From an uncultured virus (IMG/VR IMGVR_UViG_3300017995_000001) (taxonomy: Duplodnaviria > Heunggongvirae > Uroviricota > Caudoviricetes), in the IMG/VR virus record IMGVR_UViG_3300017995_000001: a DNA stretch of 64,000 bases, one strand, 5' to 3'. The notes under the pieces were generated by a model. It saw only the letters and a list, made by a program, of their open reading frames with translations. It did no database searches and had not been told where the DNA came from. Positions 1 to 8,228 of this stretch are shown piece after piece. Every line of letters starts with the position of its first letter. Position 1 is the first letter of the stretch. Both the position numbers and the translations under genes were made by a program.

Positions 1-10
1 CGCGCTCGCC

Positions 11-202
11 GTGAAGGCGGTCTGGCGCGCGACCGGCCTCGGCAAGCACCTGCTGCAGCGCGAGGAGGCCACCGGCGCCGCGCTGATGGCGCGGTACGAG
101 GTCAAGCACGCGGTCGCCTCGCTCGCCCGGCTCGACGTGCAGCCGGGCGGTCGACTGTCGCCGCGGGAGCTGGCCAGGCGGGCCAGCCGGAGGTCGACAT
201 GA
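11..202 (+). CDS. Hypothetical protein, probably the 3' end of a gene starting upstream
   Basis: Stop overlaps next ATG (ATGA). Confidence 0.45.
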   Translation: MKAVWRATGLGKHLLQREEATGAALMARYEVKHAVASLARLDVQPGGRLSPRELARRASRRST

Positions 203-489
203 CGAAGTGGGAGCCGGTCGAACTCGAGCTGGAGCGCGACGGGTACCTCGCGCGCGTGTCGCGCCAGCTCACCCGCTCCGGCCGGTGGCGCTGGGCCGTG
301 ACGCCCGTGGAGGTCGTCCAGCGGTTCAACCACTCCGTCGTCGAGCACGCCTACGCGCGCGGGTACGCGCGCGGGCGCGATGGCGCCTGCCGCGCGGCGG
401 AGGCCTCCATCGCAGCGCTCAAGGCAGCCGGTGCCGAACCGGCGAAGGTTCTAGAGAAGGTCCGCAAGCGCATCCCGGGAGGGTCCTGA
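199..489 (+). CDS. Hypothetical protein
   Basis: GGAGG RBS; coupled to neighbours. Confidence 0.65.
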   Translation: MTKWEPVELELERDGYLARVSRQLTRSGRWRWAVTPVEVVQRFNHSVVEHAYARGYARGRDGACRAAEASIAALKAAGAEPAKVLEKVRKRIPGGS

Positions 490-941
490 TGATCGGTATC
501 GAAATAACCCTGCGCGCGCTCGCCGCCCGCGCAGAGGCCGACCGCCTCGACCCCGAGGTCCACCGCTGGGCGCGCCGAGCGACCGACGCTGCGCCCGACG
601 CCCACGGCAAGGTTCGCGCGATCGCCGAGGCGATGCGCTCACAGTTCCACGTGAACTACTGGGACCAGGTGGTTATGGAATCGGAGAACTTCGTCAGCTT
701 GGCCAAGCTGGTCGCCACCAGCGACGTCCTCATCGACGCGGAAGACGCGTGCCTGCTCGTCGTCGCCACCGCGCGGAGCGTGGGCATCCCCTGCCAGTTC
801 GTGGCCGTGCGGTACGGACAGTCGTGGACGTGCTGGCTCGCCTACTTCGCCGCCGGCGAGTGGCACCTCTTCGACCCGACCTCCCAGCGCCCCGACGCGG
901 AGCCCGACGAGAAGGTCTTCGGGCCGGTACCCGGATCATGA
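489..941 (+). CDS. Transglutaminase-like protein, catalytic residues apparently degenerate
   Basis: IDAEDACLLVVATARSVGIPCQF...GEWHLFDPT matches the D-C-[DE]-D...W...DPT pattern, with Ala at the Cys position. Confidence 0.6.
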   Translation: MIGIEITLRALAARAEADRLDPEVHRWARRATDAAPDAHGKVRAIAEAMRSQFHVNYWDQVVMESENFVSLAKLVATSDVLIDAEDACLLVVATARSVGIPCQFVAVRYGQSWTCWLAYFAAGEWHLFDPTSQRPDAEPDEKVFGPVPGS

Positions 942-1234
942 CGGACCCTGTCACCTGCCTCCACGGTGCCCTCCCGAACGCCTGCGCGTTCGCCGGCTGC
1001 CACCACTTCGCGCCCGACGGCCCCCGCGACGAGAAGTGGGCGTTCCGTCCAGGCACGACCGACGAGGACGTCGCCGCCGCGCTCGCGGAGAACGAGGCGC
1101 AGCACGCGCGGGCACCCGGCAGCGCGAGCCCGATCCACCTGGTCGTCGACAGGAAGATGCGGGACAGACTCGACGGATCCAGGTGCCCGACGTGCGCGGG
1201 GACGGGGATCCTGAAAAAAGGAGAGCAGGTCTGA
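938..1234 (+). CDS. Hypothetical Cys-rich protein (CxxCxGxG)
   Basis: ATGA coupling; CPTCAGTG. Confidence 0.55.
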   Translation: MTDPVTCLHGALPNACAFAGCHHFAPDGPRDEKWAFRPGTTDEDVAAALAENEAQHARAPGSASPIHLVVDRKMRDRLDGSRCPTCAGTGILKKGEQV

Positions 1235-1665
1235 TGGGCCTCTACAACATGGTGTTCAAGACGAGCCCGCAGATGCCGCTCGTCATGGCGCTGCTCGAGA
1301 GGCAGCCGTCCGACTTCGGCCGCTTCCGCGACGCGTGGGTCGAGAGGGACGACTCGCAGCCGTCGGGCCTGCGGCTCGTCGTCTACACCCGCAACGGCGG
1401 AGGCAACCGCGCGGAGTGCATGCCGGACTTCGCCGCCGACCCGCTCTACCTATCCGACCGCGACGACGACTACGACTCCACGTACGCGGTCATCTACTTC
1501 CGCGTCCCGGACCCACTACCGCAGTCGCTGCTCGACGCGTGCCCGCCGGAGTTCAACACGCCGGAGACCCTCCTCGCGAAGGTCCGGTCGGTCGCGCTCG
1601 ACCCGGTGGACACGCGGGCGCGGTGGGAGAGGGCGATCGAGTCCCTCAAGGGGGCGAAGCCGTGA
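1234..1665 (+). CDS. Conserved-looking phage hypothetical protein
   Basis: GRFRDAW...YTRNGGGNR...DDDYDSTYA; GGAG RBS. Confidence 0.7.
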   Translation: MGLYNMVFKTSPQMPLVMALLERQPSDFGRFRDAWVERDDSQPSGLRLVVYTRNGGGNRAECMPDFAADPLYLSDRDDDYDSTYAVIYFRVPDPLPQSLLDACPPEFNTPETLLAKVRSVALDPVDTRARWERAIESLKGAKP

Positions 1666-1811
1666 CGAAGTGGCTCCCGTGGCTGCCGATCCTGTTCGTG
1701 GCGCTCATCGCCGTCCCCGCGGCGTTCCGCGTGGGCGACCGCGAGGACCCGCTCGGCAGGGGCTTCCGGTCGTTCCGCGAGCGGATGCGGGGAGGAGGGG
1801 CGAAGCGGTGA
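1662..1811 (+). CDS. Small membrane protein
   Basis: GTGA coupling; hydrophobic N-terminus WLPWLPILFVALIAVP. Confidence 0.45.
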   Translation: MTKWLPWLPILFVALIAVPAAFRVGDREDPLGRGFRSFRERMRGGGAKR

Positions 1812-2200
1812 GCAGGAGGGGCGAGGCGGCGACCGAGCACGAGAGGGCCCTCGCGGCGTTCAAGCGGTTCGCCGCGGCCGGCTACGCGCGCGAGCGGTTC
1901 ACGCCGGCACTCTACAAGGCGCTGACCTTCTCGTTCGGGTTCGTCGCGCACTACGACCTCGGCGGGTTCTACGGTGCGCGGTTCGAGACGGCCGACCGGC
2001 GCGTCACCACTCTTGAGCAGGTCCTAAATTACAACGCTACGTCGCCGTTCGAGATGTCTCTGCGGCAGTACGTGCTCGAGAAGGGGTTGCTCGACGCAGA
2101 GCGGCGCCTGGCCGCAGAGCAGCTCGAGGCGCGCGAGCGCGCGGAGCTGGCGCGGCTGAAGGCCAAGTACGAGCCAGCCGAGGAGGATACGCTGCCGTGA
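1808..2200 (+). CDS. Phage hypothetical protein
   Basis: FTPALYKAL..FGFVAHYDLGGFY motif; GTGA coupling. Confidence 0.65.
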   Translation: MSRRGEAATEHERALAAFKRFAAAGYARERFTPALYKALTFSFGFVAHYDLGGFYGARFETADRRVTTLEQVLNYNATSPFEMSLRQYVLEKGLLDAERRLAAEQLEARERAELARLKAKYEPAEEDTLP

Positions 2201-2308
2201 AGACCGCCAGACGAAGAGGGAATCGGCTGCCGTCCTACGACGAGCTACTGGCCGCCGCCGAGTCGGTGTCCCGCGGCTTTTCGCCGTCAGCAGCCTTGTG
2301 GAATCACC

Positions 2309-2340
2309 TTGCGCATGATGCAGCATCTTGCTACAAGATG
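2309..2340 (+). promoter_or_regulatory. Putative sigma70 promoter for the tRNA, with a palindrome over the -10
   Basis: TTGCGC-17 nt-TACAAG; CATCTTG-CTA-CAAGATG inverted repeat at 2324-2340. Confidence 0.5.
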
Positions 2341-2345
2341 ACACG

Positions 2346-2418
2346 ACCCTCGTAGCTCAGTTGGAAGAGCACCGGTATACGGAACCGGAGGTCCCTCGTT
2401 CGAGCCGAGGCGATGGTC
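2346..2418 (+). tRNA. tRNA-Arg(ACG)
   Basis: Acceptor ACCCTCG/CGATGGT (1 mismatch); D arm GCTC/GAGC; anticodon stem CCGGT/ACCGG with loop ATACGGA; T arm CCTCG-TTCGAGC-CGAGG; no encoded CCA. Confidence 0.85.
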
Positions 2419-2460
2419 CCGAGTAGCCGACACAAGTTCGGCCTCGTCGTGGAGGAAGTG

Positions 2461-4560
2461 ATGGTCAAGTCAGTCGCGGCGCCCCCGGCGCTTGGCGAGA
2501 TGAGTGCGTTCGCTAGCATGGTCGAGCGGTCGTTCCAGGCGCTCGTCTCGCGCCCCGAGGTCTTCATCTCAGACGTCGAGCCCGACACGATCTGGGCGGA
2601 GTACCTCGCGGCGTTCCCGGAGGGATTGAACCCGGTCTTCCGCAAACGGACGGATCACGACTGCGGGTGCTGCCGGCAGTTCGTCAAGCGCGCGGGCATC
2701 GCCGTGGGCTTCGACGGCGTCGGCCACTTGAAGACGGTCTGGGATGCTGCGGCTACCGACGCGCCGGGAGTCTACCGGATCGTCGCCGGTCGACTGCGCG
2801 ATATCGTTCAGGCTGCGGGTATCCGCGATCTCTACCGGGTCGGTGAGCGGGAGGCTCACTTCGGATCGGCCAAGACGCGCGTCCTCGACAAGTCGACCGG
2901 TGCGGTCTGCACGTGGGAGCACCTCCGCAGCGGTGAAGTCCCGAAGGCCATCCGCGTCCGCTCGCCCGCCGAAGCGCAGGGCTCGTACCGGACGACGGTC
3001 CAGGTCTTCGAGCGAGGCTTGAAGGAACTGTCTCTGGAAGCGGTCGATACGGTGATCTCGCTCGTCGATGCGAACGCCATCTACCGCGGCGAGGAGCACA
3101 AGCCGGCGCTGCTGGCGTTCCGCAGCGCGATGCTCGCGTACGCCGCCGCCAGCGGGCAGCAGGCGGCCATCTTCGCCTGGGCGAACGCGGGGAGCCACGC
3201 GGCACGCTTCCGGAACACGGTCATCGGCACGCTGGTGCAAGACCTCTCCGAGGGGCAGGACGTCGAGCGCGCAGTCAAGGCGTTCGAGACGAAGGTCGCC
3301 CCGGAGAACTACAAGCGCACGACGGCGCTCATCACGCCCGGCATGGTCAAGAAGGCCATGGAGACCATCACGGAGCTGGGGCTCGAACCGGCCCTGGAGC
3401 GACGCTTCGCGGTGATCGGCGACGTCTCGGTGAGCGACGTCAAGTGGGTGGACGGGTCGGTGAAGCCCTTGATGAAGGGAGGGATCGGCGAAGCGTTGAT
3501 GAAGCACGCCGAGGCCGGCCGTCCGTCGAGCGGCGACGAGGAGCGTGCGGAGGAGATCGAGCTCGACGAGTTCGTCTCCGCCGTTCTGCCGAGTGCGTCG
3601 GGTCTCGAGGTCATGTTCAAGGGCGCGCACGTCGGCAACCTGATGTCGCTGACGGCGCCGTGTCACCCGGAGCCCGCGCGACTCTTCCGGTGGTCGAACG
3701 ACTTCGCCTGGTCCTACGGTGGCAACGTCGCCGACTCGATCGCCGAGCGCGTGAAGAAGGCCGGCGGCAAGGTCGAGGGCGCGCTCCGCGTCTCGCTCTC
3801 CTGGTCGAACTTCGACGACCTCGACATCCACATCTTCGAGCCGCCTGGTCGGGGTGTCTACGCGGCGCAGGGTCACATCTTCTTCGGTGCGAAGCGCGGC
3901 TGGACGGGCGGCGTCCTCGACGTCGACATGAACGCCGGGCACGGGACGTCGCGCGAGCCCGTCGAGAACGTCGTCTGGACGAAGGCGCCCCCGGACGGAC
4001 CCTATCGGGTCGTCGTCCACAACTACTGCTGGCGCGAGTCGAGCGGCCCAGGATTCGTCGTCGAGGTCGAGTCGGGCGGCAAGCTCTCGCACTTCTCGTA
4101 CAACAAGGGCGTCCGCAACCAGGCGGAGGTCGCCGTCGCGACGCTCCACGTCCGGGGCGGTGTCGTCGAGCGGATCGAGGTCGGTGACCCGGCGATCTCC
4201 GCGTCGAACATCTCGCAGGAGAAGTGGGGCCTGCACACCGAGCAGTACGTAAAGGTCTCGGCCGTGATGCTCTCGCCGAATTACTGGGGCGACAACGCGG
4301 TCGGCAACAAGCACACATTCTTCGTGATCGATGGAGCGAAGAATGACGAGCCGACGCGCGGTTTCTACAACGAGTTCCTGCACCCGCGGCTCGTCGAGCA
4401 CCGCAAGGTCTTCGAGGTCATCGCGGACAAGACGAAGTGCCGTCCGACTGACGGGCAGCTCTCTGGGCTCGGCTTCTCGTCGACCAAGCGCGACACCTTC
4501 CTCGCGCGAGTCCATCAGGGCAAGAAGTATCGAGTGTTCAACGTGCAGGTCGGCATATAG
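2461..4560 (+). CDS. Large conserved phage protein with YfaP/DUF2135-like domain
   Basis: LRVSLSWSNFDDLDIH...LDVDMNAG...ENVVW; HDCGCC; GGAGG RBS at 2451. Confidence 0.75.
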   Translation: MVKSVAAPPALGEMSAFASMVERSFQALVSRPEVFISDVEPDTIWAEYLAAFPEGLNPVFRKRTDHDCGCCRQFVKRAGIAVGFDGVGHLKTVWDAAATDAPGVYRIVAGRLRDIVQAAGIRDLYRVGEREAHFGSAKTRVLDKSTGAVCTWEHLRSGEVPKAIRVRSPAEAQGSYRTTVQVFERGLKELSLEAVDTVISLVDANAIYRGEEHKPALLAFRSAMLAYAAASGQQAAIFAWANAGSHAARFRNTVIGTLVQDLSEGQDVERAVKAFETKVAPENYKRTTALITPGMVKKAMETITELGLEPALERRFAVIGDVSVSDVKWVDGSVKPLMKGGIGEALMKHAEAGRPSSGDEERAEEIELDEFVSAVLPSASGLEVMFKGAHVGNLMSLTAPCHPEPARLFRWSNDFAWSYGGNVADSIAERVKKAGGKVEGALRVSLSWSNFDDLDIHIFEPPGRGVYAAQGHIFFGAKRGWTGGVLDVDMNAGHGTSREPVENVVWTKAPPDGPYRVVVHNYCWRESSGPGFVVEVESGGKLSHFSYNKGVRNQAEVAVATLHVRGGVVERIEVGDPAISASNISQEKWGLHTEQYVKVSAVMLSPNYWGDNAVGNKHTFFVIDGAKNDEPTRGFYNEFLHPRLVEHRKVFEVIADKTKCRPTDGQLSGLGFSSTKRDTFLARVHQGKKYRVFNVQVGI

Positions 4561-4584
4561 GCTGACTAGAAAAAGAGAACGACC

Positions 4585-5001
4585 ATGTCCAACATCTTCG
4601 AGTACGCAACGCGCAACAAACTGCGCTTCCAGTCATCGCGTGGGGCGCTCACCGTCGAGCAGCTCTGGGAGGTCCCTCTCCGGTCGAAGTCCGGCGACGA
4701 CTTCAATCTCGACGCCGTCGCGAAAGTCGCCAACCGCGCGCTCAAGTCGGTCAGCGAGGAGAGCTTCGTCGAGACGGAGCGGACGCCGGCTCACGAGCAG
4801 GTCGAGATCGCGCTCGATGTCGTCAAGCACGTCATCGGCGTGAAGCTCGCCGAGGAGCAGGCGGCAGAGCGCCGGGCGGCGAACAAGATCAAGCGGGAGA
4901 GGCTGCTCGCCGCGCTGGCCGACAAGGAGGCCGGCAAGCTCTCCGAGATGTCGATCAAGGAGCTGCGGCGCCAGATCGAAACGCTCGACGCCGACGCCTG
5001 A
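4585..5001 (+). CDS. Conserved phage coiled-coil protein, typical partner of the upstream gene
   Basis: NIFEYATRNKLRFQSSRGALTVEQLWEVPL. Confidence 0.75.
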   Translation: MSNIFEYATRNKLRFQSSRGALTVEQLWEVPLRSKSGDDFNLDAVAKVANRALKSVSEESFVETERTPAHEQVEIALDVVKHVIGVKLAEEQAAERRAANKIKRERLLAALADKEAGKLSEMSIKELRRQIETLDADA

Positions 5002-5013
5002 GAGGAGAAGAAC

Positions 5014-5193
5014 GTGGCCACTAGGAACGGTGCGATCGACAGGGGTGTGCTTCTCCGCCTCGCGGCGGACGCGCAGCTAGATCCTCGCACCGTCAAGAAG
5101 GCCCTGGAGTTGGGCCTCGATCACATGAAGAGTGACTACGACCGGGTGAGGTTGAGGGAGGCGGCGGCGAAGCACGGGGTGAAGTTGAAGTAA
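5014..5193 (+). CDS. Small HTH-like protein
   Basis: GAGGAG RBS; LRLAADAQLDPRTVKKAL; below ORF-track cutoff. Confidence 0.55.
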   Translation: MATRNGAIDRGVLLRLAADAQLDPRTVKKALELGLDHMKSDYDRVRLREAAAKHGVKLK

Positions 5194-5223
5194 CAGACGA
5201 ATGCGCGAGGAGGACCCGCTGCC

Positions 5224-5463
5224 GTGAGAGACGCTGATAAAGACTGGACCCCCACGCCCGAGCAGCAGGCGTCTGTCGAGATCTTGCAGACCACCAACGC
5301 GGTCGCCGAGGCCGCAGACAGCCTCAAGGCGGAGTCGGGACCGCGCGGGTACGTCTGCGTCGAGGTCGACGAGTGGGACCGCCTCCAAGCGCTCGTCAGG
5401 GCGCGCCAGCGCGCCCTCGCACACCTCGTCGACTTGAAGTCCAAGCAGGGTGGCGGCGAGTGA
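5224..5463 (+). CDS. Hypothetical protein
   Basis: GAGGAGG RBS; coupling. Confidence 0.55.
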   Translation: MRDADKDWTPTPEQQASVEILQTTNAVAEAADSLKAESGPRGYVCVEVDEWDRLQALVRARQRALAHLVDLKSKQGGGE

Positions 5464-5795
5464 AGCGCACCATCGTCCTGACCGATGACGGCCAGCGCGT
5501 GGCCGTCATCCGCCCGCGCACGCGCCTGCTCGCGCAGACCGCCGTCGCGATGGCGGAGGTCGCCGTGAGCCACAACGACGGATCCGTCTTCGCCAGCATC
5601 CCGAGCGAGGTCGGCGAGTACACCTTCGAGGGGTTCCTCGCCCGGGACAAGCGCGGCAAGCCCAGCGTCGTCAACGACGACGGGAGCTACCGCTGCGAGC
5701 TGCAGTCCGGCGACTCGTTCGTCGGGGAGTGGGACCTGAAGGAGAACGCCTCGCCCGTCGAGGCGCCGTCTGAAGAGAAGGAGGACCCGCGATGA
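5460..5795 (+). CDS. Hypothetical protein
   Basis: GTGA coupling; codon usage. Confidence 0.6.
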   Translation: MKRTIVLTDDGQRVAVIRPRTRLLAQTAVAMAEVAVSHNDGSVFASIPSEVGEYTFEGFLARDKRGKPSVVNDDGSYRCELQSGDSFVGEWDLKENASPVEAPSEEKEDPR

Positions 5796-6043
5796 GCTGC
5801 TACTGCGACGGGTGCGACCCCGGCTGCCCGGTGTGCCACCCCGACATGGCGGAGGACGCGCGCGCCGACCTTCGGGCGCTCCAGCGCGCCCAACTCACCC
5901 TGCTCGCCGCCGCCGCGAAGGACACCGGCGTTTCGGACCGGAGCACCGAGGTCCTCCGAGCCGCCAATGCCTACCGCGATGCCGCGAAGCGGGCCAACCG
6001 CTGGAACGCGTTCGGGACCGCTCTCAAGGAGACCAGACCGTGA
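5792..6043 (+). CDS. Hypothetical protein with Cys-rich N-terminus
   Basis: MSCYCDGCDPGCPVCHP; GGAGG RBS. Confidence 0.6.
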   Translation: MSCYCDGCDPGCPVCHPDMAEDARADLRALQRAQLTLLAAAAKDTGVSDRSTEVLRAANAYRDAAKRANRWNAFGTALKETRP

Positions 6044-6435
6044 GCGCCCGCACCGCAGCTCACTGCCAGGACGCGCTGCGCTGGCTCAAGCAGCGCGGCT
6101 GGGACCTCGCCCCCCTCACGGGCCAAGACCAGGCCGCCCTGCGCGCCGTCGCCCACTGCTGGGAGATGTGGACGCGGAGCGACGAGGCCGGGCGGCGCGC
6201 CGCCGTCAGCGCGGCCGCCGCCCTGCTCGACGGGTGCCAGGAGTCCTGCTGGCCGATGGCGCGCGAGCTGGTCGCGCAGGCCGGCGACTGGGGCCACCGC
6301 ACTGCCGTCTGGGACCAGGTGGTCGATCGGTTCGACTGGCAGCACCGGCAGCGGGCGCTCGTGGACGTGCGGGTCCTCGAGCGGTGCGGCAGGCTCGCGT
6401 GGTGCCACAAGGGGCTCGCGCAGGTGCACCCGTGA
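6040..6435 (+). CDS. Hypothetical protein
   Basis: AGGAG RBS; GTGA coupling. Confidence 0.6.
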   Translation: MSARTAAHCQDALRWLKQRGWDLAPLTGQDQAALRAVAHCWEMWTRSDEAGRRAAVSAAAALLDGCQESCWPMARELVAQAGDWGHRTAVWDQVVDRFDWQHRQRALVDVRVLERCGRLAWCHKGLAQVHP

Positions 6436-6677
6436 CCAGCTACCGCGTCACCGTCCGCAACGCCTCGCCCGGCGTCCTGCTGCTGCGCGGGGGTGTCCTG
6501 CTCTTCAAGACGGAATACGCCCAGGCGCTGAAGCCAGGCCAGGACGAGCCCGACCCGGAGGTCTACGTGCTCGCGAGCGGCGAGTGCTACGCGGGTGACG
6601 GGTACGACGTCGACTGCGTCAACGTCACCGACGAGCTGATCGCCGGGTTCGACTTGGGCCCGTGGGAAGCGCCGTGA
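6432..6677 (+). CDS. Hypothetical protein
   Basis: GTGA coupling; LLFKTEY...YVLASGECY. Confidence 0.55.
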   Translation: MTSYRVTVRNASPGVLLLRGGVLLFKTEYAQALKPGQDEPDPEVYVLASGECYAGDGYDVDCVNVTDELIAGFDLGPWEAP

Positions 6678-6693
6678 AGGGGCGCGTCGGCCA

Positions 6694-7071
6694 GTGAACG
6701 CGACCATCCGCTACAAGAACTCCCGCTTCGGCGCGAGCGCCACCGTGCCGTGCCGGTACTGCGGGCTGGCGCTGACCCGCGGCGAGGCGACCGTCGAGCA
6801 CCTCGTGCCGAGGTCCAAGGGCGGCAAGGACGTGCGCGGCAACTTCGACGTCACCTGCTACGACTGCAACGTCAACAAGGGCGACCTCTCCGAGCAGGAG
6901 TTCCTGGCGCTGCCCGAGGAGGCGCGCCGCAGGAAGCACCGGTGGCCGCCGCACCTGCGGCAGGCTAGGGCGCGCGCCGAGCGCGTCCGCCGTATCACCG
7001 CGCCGAAGAAGAAGGGCAAGAAGAAGAGGCCAGCCCACTGGTCGTGGGGTACGGACGGGGTGAACGAGTAA
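6694..7071 (+). CDS. HNH endonuclease (McrA-like)
   Basis: CRYCG...ATVEHLVPRSKGG...NFDVTCYDCNVNKG. Confidence 0.85.
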   Translation: MNATIRYKNSRFGASATVPCRYCGLALTRGEATVEHLVPRSKGGKDVRGNFDVTCYDCNVNKGDLSEQEFLALPEEARRRKHRWPPHLRQARARAERVRRITAPKKKGKKKRPAHWSWGTDGVNE

Positions 7072-7085
7072 AAGGAGCGACGACG

Positions 7086-7676
7086 ATGGCACTGTCGAAC
7101 TGGGACACGCTGGCGGTGGACGAGAGTGGGACCCCGAACGGGGGGAGTTTCACGAGCCCGATGGGCGTGGTGGTCGAGTTCTACAAGAACTGGATCTACG
7201 TCTCCGACGCGAAGGCGTGGCGAGAAGGTGGTGGGTACGTCGAACCGATCGTCATGCAGGTCCAGAGCGGAGAGATCGAGTACCAGGACGTCCACGTGCT
7301 GGCGCTGCGCGGGCCCCAGAACGGCGTCTACGCCGCGGTGTGGGTCGGGTTCGGTAGCGACGCGACGGGCATGATCGGCTGCGGCGTGTACGGATACGAC
7401 GGCGACGAGTTCGTCGGCGTCAGATCCGACTCGGTCCAGTGGTTCCGCGACAAGCTGGCCGAGAAGGCGGCGGACACCACCAGCCTCAGCGAGCCGTTCG
7501 AGTACGACGTCTACGACGTACCGGACTCACTTCGGAGAGTCGACTGGAGCAAGGCGCTCCGCTTCAACCAGGGAGACGCCTACTTTGCTGCCCGAGTCGG
7601 GGCCGCCACGCCCGCGACCGAACCGGGGATGACCAACCCGACCATCCTGTCTCGTCTCCTAGACGGGGATCGGTGA
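7086..7676 (+). CDS. Phage hypothetical protein
   Basis: AAGGAG RBS; MALSNWDTLAVD; strong codon bias. Confidence 0.7.
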   Translation: MALSNWDTLAVDESGTPNGGSFTSPMGVVVEFYKNWIYVSDAKAWREGGGYVEPIVMQVQSGEIEYQDVHVLALRGPQNGVYAAVWVGFGSDATGMIGCGVYGYDGDEFVGVRSDSVQWFRDKLAEKAADTTSLSEPFEYDVYDVPDSLRRVDWSKALRFNQGDAYFAARVGAATPATEPGMTNPTILSRLLDGDR

Positions 7677-7719
7677 TCGGAGACGGACCGTGCCCATTGA
7701 CCTTCGACGCAGGGGCACC

Positions 7720-7971
7720 GTGACGCCCGAGGACCAGCTCCGGCGGTGGGCGGACGGCGACCCCGCCTGCCCGAACACCTCCGGCGAGTGCTGCCCCGAC
7801 TTCTCGTGCTGCCGGCCGAAGCTGCTGTGGCCGGAGGAGAAGAGGCGTCGGTTCCTCGCCGCCGACCGCGGCACCCGGGAGAAGATGCTGGTGGGCGCGC
7901 TCGCCGCGCTCGTCGCCGACGTCGGCGGCCGGGCGCACGTCACGCGCGGCGTGCCGGGGGACCGCGAGTGA
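7720..7971 (+). CDS. Hypothetical Cys-rich protein
   Basis: ECCPDFSCC motif. Confidence 0.6.
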   Translation: MTPEDQLRRWADGDPACPNTSGECCPDFSCCRPKLLWPEEKRRRFLAADRGTREKMLVGALAALVADVGGRAHVTRGVPGDRE

Positions 7972-8228
7972 AGTCTCGGGCACTTGCGCGTGCGCCCCGC
8001 AGTTCTCTTGACCGACATCGCCAGGCAGCTCTAGTGTCGCTGTCGAACTCAGGCGAGGTGTAGCAGCCGGACCTGGGTTCCGCCCTCCGAAGGGGGGCCG
8101 CGTGTTGGTGCTCGCCGGGCCGGGTTCGTGTCCCATCCCGGCGACTGCTACCGCGCGAGCCCGCGGGCGGTCCCTCTTCGGGCGGGCGTCGTCGTGCGCG
8201 CAGGAAAGGGACAGGTCCGCGACAGGTG

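Noticed and set aside
2346..2418. tRNA as a prophage attachment boundary
   Set aside because: Viral-type genes lie on both sides, and no duplicated 3' tRNA fragment was noticed in the window
2413..2460. ORF-track start at 2413 for the large protein
   Set aside because: Overlaps the tRNA 3' end; GGAGG supports a start at 2458/2461
2569..4515. Long antisense or alternate-frame ORFs (also 14164-16032, 38965-40758, 60236-62617 and others)
   Set aside because: Shadow ORFs caused by high GC; the overlapping frame carries the motifs and codon bias
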